Of a stretch of DNA of 64,000 nt, positions 1 through 8,831 are shown piece by piece. Both the position numbers and the translations under genes were made by a program. The DNA is from Myxococcales bacterium (lineage in GTDB: Bacteria; Myxococcota_A; UBA9042): assembly GCA_023954815.1 (NCBI GenBank), contig JAGSHB010000007.1, positions 3,626 through 67,625 of the forward strand. Direction: 5' to 3'. Position 1 is the stretch's first letter. Each line of letters begins with the position of its first letter. The notes under the pieces are model-generated. The model was not told where the DNA came from and did not search any database. It saw only the letters and a program-made list of their open reading frames with translations.

Positions 1-1167
1 AAGCCCCCGTTCATCAGGCGAACGGCCCTTCAAGTCATTGCGATAGTGATCATCCCACACCGTCCAACCCATGTCCGCTAGCTGTGCGGGCCGATAGCCG
101 CCCAAACTCCACGGCTCAGCGATCAGCAACGCATCGGGGCGAATGGCCGTGGCGACGGCGCGAATCTCGCGGAGCGTCTCGTCGTCGATCAACTCAGCGA
201 GGTCGAAGCGCAAGCCATCGACGCCGATCTCTGCGAACCAACGCCGCACACTGGCGACCACCAGCGCGCGCATCTCTGCGGCGCTGGTATTGAGATCGTT
301 GCCGCAGCCACTATGCGAGCGGTAGCCGCCGTCTTGGTCGCGATGAAACCAGTCGCCCGGATCGAGGAGCAACAAGGGGTTCTGGTCGTGCGCGGAGACG
401 TGATTGTAGACGACGTCGAGAATGACCCCGAGCCCTTGCGCGTGGAGGGCGGTAACCAGATCACGCAACTGCGCCGCAGGGTCATCGAAGACACCGTTGT
501 CGTCGACGCCGACCCACGCGCCACGCTCCGCGGCCGCCCACGCCGGCGTGTAGCGCGCGCTGGCAGCGAGAAGGTAGCTCGGCATGTAGCCCCAGTGATT
601 CGTTCGATCGCCCTCAAACACGGGCCAGGAGGTCACCGGCAGCAGCTCAACTGTGTCCGCACCAAGGGCTCGGACGTGGTGTGAACCGCCGATCGCCGCT
701 GCATGTTGCTCGGCAAACCCGGCGTAGGTCCCCGGGGCGGTCGTGCCAGCGCTAGCGTGGGCGGTTGCGTCGCTGAGGTGAACTTCGATGATCACTGCGG
801 CGTCTCGGTCGATGGTCACGCCAGTGCCAGTGGGGTGAAGCGGTGGAGTAGCGACCGACCAAGTGGGATGGCCCGCTGTCTTGCGACGCACGACCGCCCG
901 AGACCACGGATCTGCGACCGTCACCGTGCCCCAACGGTGGTGAACACGAAACCGATAATACCCCAGCGGAACTGGTACATCCGCCCGCCAAACGCCGCGA
1001 TCGCCCGGCGCCAGCCGCATCGTGGTTAGGCGCTGTGGTTCAGCGTTTGGGTGCCGACGCTCGACCAGCTCCACGTGGTCGGCTTTGGGCGCACAGAGAC
1101 GGAAGCAACCCTCGGAGGCACACCATCCCAACGGGCTGCGAACGGCGGAGCTGTGGTCCCTGCTCAT
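1..1167 (-). CDS. GH13 glycogen debranching enzyme / pullulanase-isoamylase family (3' end runs off the window)
   Basis: Not in the ORF track. Manual translation of the minus strand from ATG 1167 (ATGA overlap with the glgB stop) is open to base 1. It shows VELLPV, NHWGYMPSYLLA, LDVVYNH, SGCGNDL, DGLRFDLA (nucleophile) and IAEPW (acid/base). Confidence 0.9.
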   Translation of the reverse strand, partial: MSRDHSSAVRSPLGWCASEGCFRLCAPKADHVELVERRHPNAEPQRLTTMRLAPGDRGVWRADVPVPLGYYRFRVHHRWGTVTVADPWSRAVVRRKTAGHPTWSVATPPLHPTGTGVTIDRDAAVIIEVHLSDATAHASAGTTAPGTYAGFAEQHAAAIGGSHHVRALGADTVELLPVTSWPVFEGDRTNHWGYMPSYLLAASARYTPAWAAAERGAWVGVDDNGVFDDPAAQLRDLVTALHAQGLGVILDVVYNHVSAHDQNPLLLLDPGDWFHRDQDGGYRSHSGCGNDLNTSAAEMRALVVASVRRWFAEIGVDGLRFDLAELIDDETLREIRAVATAIRPDALLIAEPWSLGGYRPAQLADMGWTVWDDHYRNDLKGRSPDERGL

Positions 1168-3056
1168 GCGCGCCCCAGTACGAGGACGCTGTACGCAGGG
1201 ACGTCCAATAAAATACCGACGTTGTCCCCATGTGGGCCCGATGGCATCGGGGGGCGTGCTTTGGCGGTGCTGCCATCGAAGTCGCTGCTGTGCAGAAGCA
1301 CCCGCCAAGACCCAGACGTCGGCAGAACGTACCCCTCGCGAGGGACGTCGGCGGCGTTGACAATCACCAATAGAGAGTCGGCTTCGGCGTCAGGTTCAGC
1401 CATGCTGTGGCGGGAAAATGCGTAGATGGAGTGGGCTGCATCGTCCGCATCGACCCACGAGAAACGGCGGGTATCGTGGTCGCCGCCAACCAATGCTGGG
1501 TGACTTCTGTAGAGTCGATTGAGCGCTGCGAGCCAGTCTTCAAGGGATTTTCGCGGCTTTTCTGCTGCTTGGCCCCAGGGGATCTCACCGTCAAAATCCC
1601 ACTCCCGCTCCTGACCGAACTCGCAGCCCATGAACACCAGCTTCTTGCCTGGCGACAACCATTGCAGCCCATAAAGCACGCGTAATTGCGCCAGACCCGT
1701 TCGCCAGTCGCCGCCCATTTTTCGGACCAGACTCCCCTTGCCGTGCACAACCTCGTCGTGGCTCAGCGGCAGCACAAAGGCCTCGGCGTCGGCATAGGAC
1801 GACGAAAACGTCAGCTCGTGGTGGTGCCAGCGGCGATGCTCCGGTGCGCGCGAGAAATAGGACAGCGAGTCGTGCATCCAGCCCATGTTCCACTTCAGCG
1901 AAAACCCAAGGCCCGCATCCTGAGGCGCAAGCGGTGGCACCGGGTCGCCCGTGACGGCAGCAAACGCGGTCGACTCTTCGGCGATGGTCACCACCCCTGG
2001 GTAGGTCTGACGCACGACACGGTTGAGATCTTGCAAGAAGCTGATGGCGTCCAGGTTCTCTCGCCCGCCGAAGCGGTTGGGCAACCACTGGCCGGCCTCG
2101 CGGCTGTAGTCGAGGTAGAGCATGGAGGCGACCGCGTCGACCCGCAGCCCGTCGATATGAAACGACTCGATCCAATGGCACGCGCTCGCCAACAGGAAGC
2201 TGCGCACCTCGGGTCTGGCGTAGTCAAAGACCAGCGTGCCCCAGTCCGGATGCTCGCCGAGTCTGGGATCTGCGTACTCAAATAGGGGGGCGCCATCGAA
2301 CTGCGCGAGCGCGTGAGCGTCCTTTGGAAAGTGTGCGGGCACCCAGTCCATAATGACGCCGATGCCTGCCTGATGCAGCCGATCGATGAGGTAGCGCAGG
2401 TCATCGGGGTTGCCATAGCGCGACGTCGGCGCAAAGAACCCGGTCACTTGGTAGCCCCAGCTCGGGTCGTAGGGATACTCGGCGAGCGGCAGGAACTCGA
2501 CATGGGTAAACCCGAGCCTCATCACATGAGCCACAAGCCGATCCGCGACCTCCCGATAGCCCCAGGATCGGCCATCCCCGTGACGCAGCCAAGATCCCAA
2601 GTGGACCTCGTAGATGCTCATCGGCTGCTGATGATCGTCGCCTTTTCGCGCGGCCAACCAATGACCGTCGCCAAAGATGTGTCGCGCGTGGCCGACCAAA
2701 CGCGATGCAGTCCCCGGCCGTAGCTCCGAGGCAAACGCAAAGGGATCGGAGCGTTCTGCCCACTGGCCGCTCAGGTCGCGAACGGCGAGTTTGTAGAGCT
2801 GCCCAGCTTGCGCTTGCTCAATGTGACCGACAAAGCAATCGCCGTCCCGAGTCAGCGCCTCGCCCTGCCAAGCCGAAAAGTCGCCTTTGACCTGAATTTC
2901 CTGGGCTCTCGGCGCCCAAACAGCGAAGTGAAAGCCACCATCTGGGTGCGGATGCGCCCCCAACCAACGCCACGCATCAAACCCCATGGCCGCGTGGAAG
3001 CGCTCGCGTAACGCTTGCACCTCGGTTGACGACAAAGCTGTGGCGTCTGGCAACAT
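1164..3056 (-). CDS. glgB: 1,4-alpha-glucan branching enzyme
   Basis: Motifs FAVWAPRA, IYEVHLGSW, WGYQVTG, DWVPAHF, DGLRVDAVASMLY, IAEEST, LSHDEVVHGK. Start placed at ATG 3056, which has a GGAGGG RBS. Confidence 0.96.
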   Translation of the reverse strand: MLPDATALSSTEVQALRERFHAAMGFDAWRWLGAHPHPDGGFHFAVWAPRAQEIQVKGDFSAWQGEALTRDGDCFVGHIEQAQAGQLYKLAVRDLSGQWAERSDPFAFASELRPGTASRLVGHARHIFGDGHWLAARKGDDHQQPMSIYEVHLGSWLRHGDGRSWGYREVADRLVAHVMRLGFTHVEFLPLAEYPYDPSWGYQVTGFFAPTSRYGNPDDLRYLIDRLHQAGIGVIMDWVPAHFPKDAHALAQFDGAPLFEYADPRLGEHPDWGTLVFDYARPEVRSFLLASACHWIESFHIDGLRVDAVASMLYLDYSREAGQWLPNRFGGRENLDAISFLQDLNRVVRQTYPGVVTIAEESTAFAAVTGDPVPPLAPQDAGLGFSLKWNMGWMHDSLSYFSRAPEHRRWHHHELTFSSSYADAEAFVLPLSHDEVVHGKGSLVRKMGGDWRTGLAQLRVLYGLQWLSPGKKLVFMGCEFGQEREWDFDGEIPWGQAAEKPRKSLEDWLAALNRLYRSHPALVGGDHDTRRFSWVDADDAAHSIYAFSRHSMAEPDAEADSLLVIVNAADVPREGYVLPTSGSWRVLLHSSDFDGSTAKARPPMPSGPHGDNVGILLDVPAYSVLVLGRA

Positions 3057-3166
3057 CTTCCCTCCGAGGCGGGAAGGTAGCGCCTGACAACTCACAGCGA
3101 AACCGAGATGACACTGGCCTGCTGCGTATCGCCCAACAGACCTTACCGCCCCACCAACTGGAGTTG

Positions 3167-4258
3167 ATGATGACCCACCGCTGGCGAACCCTGCTTGGCA
3201 TCCTGCTGACGAGCCCCCTGATTGCGTGCGCAGAGGAGCCGTCGCCGGCCTATGAGCCAGTCCCGATGCCATTTCATCCGCTAGCAGATGCGCTTGTGCA
3301 CGTAGGGGACGAGGCGATCACCCTGCCCCTGACGACGGCCACGGTCAGCGGTCACGTCGCGATCGGTGACCTGACCGCATGCACGCCTGAGCTCACGATC
3401 CGAACAACCGGCACATCTGACACCTGCGCCCTGACCCTGACCGCGAGCAAGCAAAAAGACAGCCTCGGCCTAGCGATCACAGGGGCGACCCTTGTCGCTC
3501 GCAATCAATCGGGTGTCTGTGCGCCGCTGGCCGCTCGTTTACCGAACGGGACAGCCGACGTGGTCTATGAACTGGCCGGTGGCGACGCTTGGCTGCCCTG
3601 GGTAGAACCCAAGGAACTGAGCGCTGTGGATGGCGTGCTTGCGGTGGATAAGGTGTTGCTCGCCCTAAAGGGGACCCTCAAGCTAGTCGCCGGATCCGAT
3701 GCGTTGCAGATGCGAGATTTGAGTCTGCAGCTCGGTGGCGATATCGAGCTGACCATCGACGACAAGGTGACCTGCGCGCCCTGCACAAGCCCTGACTGCC
3801 AGAGTCCCTACCCGACCATGAGACTGCGCGATGCGCAGCCCAAGAGCGTGGCTCACAACCTGAAGTACAGCCTAGATCGGTGGCTTGGTCAGTACTTGGT
3901 GGTGATTTTGACGCAGGGATGGTGAACGAGCTGCCGGGCCCAGGCTGGGTCCTTCGATAAGATGCACAAAGAACTCACAGCCAGCGGCTACGACGTCGCC
4001 TTCGTGGGTGCGCACGGCAAGAGCGCAGACAGTCTCTCAGAGCAAAAGGCGATCTACGAGCGCATGGGCTATGCCTTGTTGCAGGAGCGAGATGAGGCGA
4101 GCCTACGAGACGTCTGGCAGACGAAAAATCGCCACGATATCTTCGTATTCGACCCAGCCGGCGGGCTCGTTGCGCAGATCCACGACACAAAGAACGCCAT
4201 GACGCCCGACGGCTACGCCAAGTTGCGGGCCAAGCTGCTTACACTCCTAAAAAAGTGA
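3167..4258 (+). CDS. Putative selenoprotein: lipoprotein with N-terminal 4-Cys domain and C-terminal UxxC thioredoxin-fold (redoxin) domain; TGA 3923-3925 read as Sec
   Basis: Lipobox LIAC. ORF 3026-3925 and ORF 3962-4258 are in the same frame, separated only by TGA. The read-through GW-U-TSC aligns with GW-C-ASC of 4404-5579. A hairpin lies just downstream of the TGA. Confidence 0.8.
3926..3955 (+). promoter_or_regulatory. Candidate bacterial SECIS element
   Basis: GGGCCCA-GGC-TGGGTCC stem-loop (3936-3952) with a G-initiated loop about 18 nt 3' of the UGA. Confidence 0.6.
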
Positions 4259-4403
4259 GTGTAGAGGCGCGAGCGTGACCTGGAAATTTACCAGATGTGC
4301 CCAATAGTTGCAGATGTATGCTGATCAACGCAGACCAATATGGTAGGGTCTTCGGGTCAAAAATATCACGTCACTGATCGGGCGTGTGGCAGCAGGAGAG
4401 ACG

Positions 4404-5579
4404 ATGAACACGGCACGGAATTTGGCACTGGCCCTCACTGCTCTGGCAGCGATGATGATGGCTGGATGCGGCGCAGAAGGCGGCGGAGCAGCGACGACAC
4501 CGCTCACCGCGACCGGCACGTTCACCGCAGGTATCGACAACAGTGAGTACACTGTCGACTACGCGGGCGCACAGGTCACGGCCGAGCTGCAGCACAAACT
4601 CACCAAGGAAGGGCAGTACGCTTGCGTCCCCTCGGTGAAGATCTCGATCACACCCAAGCACAGCGACGCAGACGACAAGTCCTGCGGGCTCGATCTGGAG
4701 TTCAAAGCTGACTTCAACGGTGAGTTGAAGCTCAAGAAAGCCAAGTTCTACGCCAAGAGCGCCATCTTCCAGGACGGCGTCGCGATTATGACCTTCCCGT
4801 GTGAGGGCTGGGCGAAAGAGCCCGCCAGCGGCGAGGTGGTCTACGAGAGTCTCGACGGCGCCGAGGGTTCGCTCAGCATGAAGCCCATCGCGCAGCCCCA
4901 AGCTGGACAGGCCAAGGCGGTGCTCAGCAGCACAGCGCTGTCGCCCAAAGGCATCGTCGACATGAAGTTCAAGGGTCGGAAGTTCAAGCTCGATCTCAGC
5001 CAGATCAAGGTCAATGGTTCGGTGACCAGCGCAGGTTCGGAGGACGTCTCCTGTGCGCAGAAGTACCAGCCGCTGCCGTTCGTGGAGCTCAAGGACATCA
5101 ACCCGGGCAGCCCGCTGCACAATCAGACCTACTCGCTGGAAGAGTTCAAGGGCAAGTACGTGGCCGTGCTCATGGGCGCTGGCTGGTGCGCTTCTTGCCT
5201 GAGCCAGACCGACTACATGCAGAAGATCAAGACCGATCTTGAGGCCCAGGGTCGCAAGGATTTCGCGATGGTCGTGATGAACGACAAGACTGCGGCAAAG
5301 CCCAACGACCAGAAGAAGATTTCGACCTGCAATACCAAAGGCAAGTGCACGATTGGTGAGAACGTGCAGTTCACTGTGTTCCAGGCTGATGGGACGTACG
5401 GGTGGAGCTCGTTTACCGACCCCAAAACCGGACAGAAAGGCAAGAAAAACGATTGCTTCATCTATGCCCCTGATGGCCGCTTCATCTTCAAGCACATCGG
5501 CAAGGGCACGGTGCAACTCGGCCAGTTCGACTCGGAAGTTCGGGCTGCGCTCAACACCAAGATCGAAGACATCCCTTAG
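4404..5579 (+). CDS. Lipoprotein with N-terminal 4-Cys domain and C-terminal CxxC redoxin (TlpA/AhpC-like fold)
   Basis: AGGAGA RBS, lipobox MAGC, GWCASC motif. Paralogue of 3167-4258 and 21694-22911. Confidence 0.85.
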   Translation: MNTARNLALALTALAAMMMAGCGAEGGGAATTPLTATGTFTAGIDNSEYTVDYAGAQVTAELQHKLTKEGQYACVPSVKISITPKHSDADDKSCGLDLEFKADFNGELKLKKAKFYAKSAIFQDGVAIMTFPCEGWAKEPASGEVVYESLDGAEGSLSMKPIAQPQAGQAKAVLSSTALSPKGIVDMKFKGRKFKLDLSQIKVNGSVTSAGSEDVSCAQKYQPLPFVELKDINPGSPLHNQTYSLEEFKGKYVAVLMGAGWCASCLSQTDYMQKIKTDLEAQGRKDFAMVVMNDKTAAKPNDQKKISTCNTKGKCTIGENVQFTVFQADGTYGWSSFTDPKTGQKGKKNDCFIYAPDGRFIFKHIGKGTVQLGQFDSEVRAALNTKIEDIP

Positions 5580-5722
5580 CCGCTCCCCCCGCCCCTGAAG
5601 AGAGGGTCGCCGCCCATTCACAACTAGCCGTTGGCACCGTACTGTGCACGCGCGTCAGCTTGTGTGGTGCATTCACCGATTCATAGCCGGCGCACGTGAT
5701 CGTGATCTGCCGGAGGTTCTAG

Positions 5723-6091
5723 ATGCTCGTCAGTCGCTCGGTTGTTGGCCTACTTTTGCTTGCAGCGCTATCGGTGATGCCAGGGTGCAGCACCGACGGA
5801 GGCGAGGGCGACCTGCCGCTCGATCGACCCTCGCAAATCGCCGCGCTGACGGCGAATTTAGCAGCGGGCGCAGCGAGCTACGAGACCAACTGTCTGGTAT
5901 GTCATGCCAAGGACGGAAAAGGCGACTCAGGGCCCAACTTGGTCTCGGGCACCGCCGCTGCGCTGCCAACCAAAGCCATGGCCAGCGTCATTCTCAACGG
6001 CAAGGGCTCCATGGGCGCCTACGACTCGCTGACCAACCAAGAGGTCGCCGACATCATTGGCCACGTGATGACCACGCTCGCGGGCAACTAG
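5723..6091 (+). CDS. Monoheme c-type cytochrome lipoprotein
   Basis: CLVCH heme motif, GPNL, distal Met in GSMGAY, lipobox MPGC. Confidence 0.9.
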   Translation: MLVSRSVVGLLLLAALSVMPGCSTDGGEGDLPLDRPSQIAALTANLAAGAASYETNCLVCHAKDGKGDSGPNLVSGTAAALPTKAMASVILNGKGSMGAYDSLTNQEVADIIGHVMTTLAGN

Positions 6092-6131
6092 CCACATTCA
6101 TCGCTGGGCCATGGCCTAGTAGGAGCTCTCC

Positions 6132-7916
6132 ATGCCCATTCGTGGTGCGTACCGTGAATTGACCGCCGCTGCCCTCATCTTGGGCATCATCCAGGGCGTC
6201 ATCATGACGGCGGCCTTTGTCTACATCGGCCTCAAGCTCGGGTTTGGCCTGTCCGGCTCCACCGTCGCCGCCATCATGGGCTTTGTGCTGCTGCGCGGGG
6301 TGATGGGCAAGGGCACGCTGGTCGAAAACAACCTCAATCAGACCATCGCATCGGGCATCAACACCGCCTCGGCTGGCGTGGTGTTTACCCTGCCCGCCTT
6401 GCTACTGATGAGCGTCAAACGCCCAGAGCTCGGCGACTTTGACCTGTGGCCCATGCTGCTCGCGGCTGTGGCGGGCTCATTCATGGGCATCGTGGTCATC
6501 ATCCCGTTGCGCAAGCAGTTTATCGAGCTCGACCGGCTGCGTTTCCCGTCGGGTATTGCGGTTGCGAGCATCCTGAAATCCCCTGGTGAAGGCGCGGTGA
6601 AGGCGCAGCTGCTCGTCGCAGGCTCATTGTTGGCCGCGGTGGGCACCATCTTGGTCAACCTCGGCATCATCCCGTCAGCTATCGATCTGAACGGCGCGTT
6701 TGGCATCCCCACGTGGTTCCCTCTGGCGATCAGTGTCAGCTTTGCAAACTTGGGCGCCGGGCTCCTGAGCGGTCGCGGCGGCCTGCCGTTCTTTCTTGGC
6801 GGCGCCTTGGCTTGGTGGGTCATCTCCCCGGTCATCACGCACGTGGGGTGGCTGCCATCGCCTGTGAACGCACCAACCGAAGCGGCGGTCTTCGCGCAGC
6901 AGAAGTTGACCATGTACGGCGAGATGATTCGCCCGCTCGGTATCGGCATGCTCATCGGTGGTGCGCTGGCTGGGGTGGTCGCCTCCTATCCTGCGCTCAA
7001 AGCGGCGCTGCGGAGCCTCTCCGTGGCCGCACAGACCGGCACTGCGGGCGGCGGCGCTGAAGAACTCTCGCCGAAAGTGCTCTACATGGGCCTCGGCGGC
7101 AGCGTGGTCGCGCTATTTTGCGCCAGCCTGCTCAGTGACCCAGGTATCGGTGTCGGCACGGCGTTGGTCATGGCGGGGGCTGGCACACTCTGGCTCGGAC
7201 TCGCTGGCCTCATTGTGGCCCAGGCCACCGGTGCCACGGACATCTCGCCGCTCTCGGGGCTGGCACTCATCGCGGTCACGCTGCTGTTTGCGATCACCGG
7301 CGGCAACATCGTCGCCTCGATTCTCATTGGCCTGACGATCTGCATCGCCTCGAACCAGTGCGCGGACATGATGAGCGACCTAAAGACCGGTCACCTCGTC
7401 GGTTCACGCCCCCGGGCACAACAGCTCGCTCAGCTGACAGTCGCCTGGGTCGGCCCGCTGGTGGCCATCGCGGTCATGTTCTTGTTGTGGCGCCAAGGTG
7501 GTGACTTGGGCGGCTTTGGCCCCCAGAGCCAGGCGTGTTTGGACGCCGCTCCCGGTTGTCTGCCCGCGCCCCAGGCCGGTGCGCTGCAGGCCATGGTCGA
7601 ATCGCTGGAAAGTGGCAAAGCCCCGCTCGATAAATACGCAGCGGGCGCGGTCCTCGGAGGCGCCCTCAGCGCGTTCCCCATCGGCGGGTTGGGCGTGCTG
7701 GTTGGCTTGGCCATGTACCTGCCCTTCGACATCACGTTTGGTTACGGCATCGGCTGTGTGGCGAGCATGGGTCTGCAAAAAGGCAAGGGTGTCAACTGGA
7801 TCGGTGATCGCCTGGTCCCCATCGCCGCTGGATTCATCATCGGCGAGGCGTTGACCAACCTGACGTGGGCGATGCTGCAAATGACAGGCGTGGTCGGCGC
7901 CGGCGGAGGTCACTGA
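6132..7916 (+). CDS. OPT/YSL family oligopeptide transporter
   Basis: Multi-TM protein with YIGLKLG, ENNLNQTIAS, LRFPSGIAVA, MSDLKTGHLVG..PRAQQLAQ and LPAPQA motifs. Confidence 0.92.
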   Translation: MPIRGAYRELTAAALILGIIQGVIMTAAFVYIGLKLGFGLSGSTVAAIMGFVLLRGVMGKGTLVENNLNQTIASGINTASAGVVFTLPALLLMSVKRPELGDFDLWPMLLAAVAGSFMGIVVIIPLRKQFIELDRLRFPSGIAVASILKSPGEGAVKAQLLVAGSLLAAVGTILVNLGIIPSAIDLNGAFGIPTWFPLAISVSFANLGAGLLSGRGGLPFFLGGALAWWVISPVITHVGWLPSPVNAPTEAAVFAQQKLTMYGEMIRPLGIGMLIGGALAGVVASYPALKAALRSLSVAAQTGTAGGGAEELSPKVLYMGLGGSVVALFCASLLSDPGIGVGTALVMAGAGTLWLGLAGLIVAQATGATDISPLSGLALIAVTLLFAITGGNIVASILIGLTICIASNQCADMMSDLKTGHLVGSRPRAQQLAQLTVAWVGPLVAIAVMFLLWRQGGDLGGFGPQSQACLDAAPGCLPAPQAGALQAMVESLESGKAPLDKYAAGAVLGGALSAFPIGGLGVLVGLAMYLPFDITFGYGIGCVASMGLQKGKGVNWIGDRLVPIAAGFIIGEALTNLTWAMLQMTGVVGAGGGH

Positions 7917-8686
7917 TGCAACGCATGATTGGGCTCTTATTGCTGTCTCTTGGTACTGGAATCGCTGCCGTCTTTGGGGCTTGGTTGCCCGGGGGCGATT
8001 CCGCTGACCATCGCGCTCGCATGGAAGCGCAGGCGCATCTCGACATGGCGACCCGGGTCGACAAAGACCTGAAGAAGACGACGGACGAAAGCGCGCGTAA
8101 ACAGCTCACCGCGCTCGCTGGTAAAGTGGGTCCCATGGCTCCCAAAGGTGCCGACGGCAAGCCCCTGGCGGCGCCGCGCGGTGCGGACGGCGTGAGCATG
8201 TGGGCGGGAGAGGCGGGGCTTCCATTTGGCCTGGGCGTGCTACTGGTCATCATCGGTGTGGTGCTGGCGCGGCGCGGCATCTCCGCAGAAGCCGCGGCCA
8301 ATCACACGGACAGTGCCACCTCCGGTACCGCAACGGGCCCCTTACTCGAGCAACTGGTGACGGAGACGGCAGGGCTCTGTGCGCAGTACACAGACAAAGA
8401 CGAGCTGCCCGACCTGATGGCCGTTCGCACGGACGTGGAGCGCGTGCAGCAACAGATCGTCTCGCCGCTTGTGGAGGGTCGTGGTCAGATCTCGCAAGAG
8501 TACGGTGTGGCTGCCTACGCCGAGGTGTTCGTGCCGTTCTCGGCAGCTGAGCGGCTGCTCAATCGCGCTTGGTCCGCTAGTGTCGACGAGTATGTCGATG
8601 AGATCGCGCCGTGCTTGGTCAAGGCCAGCGCGTCGGCGCAACAGGCCCTGGCGGCCTATCAGCTGGTCAGTAAGCAGGCGAGTTGA
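7916..8686 (+). CDS. Membrane protein (2 TM plus helical C-terminal domain), coupled to the OPT gene
   Basis: TGATG overlap with the OPT stop; two hydrophobic segments. Confidence 0.75.
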   Translation: MQRMIGLLLLSLGTGIAAVFGAWLPGGDSADHRARMEAQAHLDMATRVDKDLKKTTDESARKQLTALAGKVGPMAPKGADGKPLAAPRGADGVSMWAGEAGLPFGLGVLLVIIGVVLARRGISAEAAANHTDSATSGTATGPLLEQLVTETAGLCAQYTDKDELPDLMAVRTDVERVQQQIVSPLVEGRGQISQEYGVAAYAEVFVPFSAAERLLNRAWSASVDEYVDEIAPCLVKASASAQQALAAYQLVSKQAS

Positions 8687-8831
8687 TCTTTTTTCGCCTC
8701 GCGCGCCCCCTATGATGTATGGCCCCGGCACCAGCGTAGGTTGCCGGTGCTCCCCGGAGTCAGTGGAAGTCATGGCCCAGCGGCGCCCCCCACAATGCGA
8801 GAACGCACACATCACACAGCGTCGCCCGGCG

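Noticed and set aside
3923-3925. General UGA reassignment (Trp or Gly genetic code) as the explanation for the in-frame TGA
   Set aside because: Many genes here end in TGA with ATGA/GTGA overlaps (glgB, OPT, DegT, cysteine synthase), and this TGA aligns with Cys rather than Trp or Gly.
3962-4258. 98-aa ORF as an independent gene
   Set aside because: It has no clear RBS and is only the second half of a thioredoxin fold; it is better explained as the C-terminus of the read-through protein.
5632-5647. Sigma-54-like TGGCAC...GC upstream of the cytochrome c gene
   Set aside because: The GG-to-GC spacing is 11 nt rather than the strict 10.
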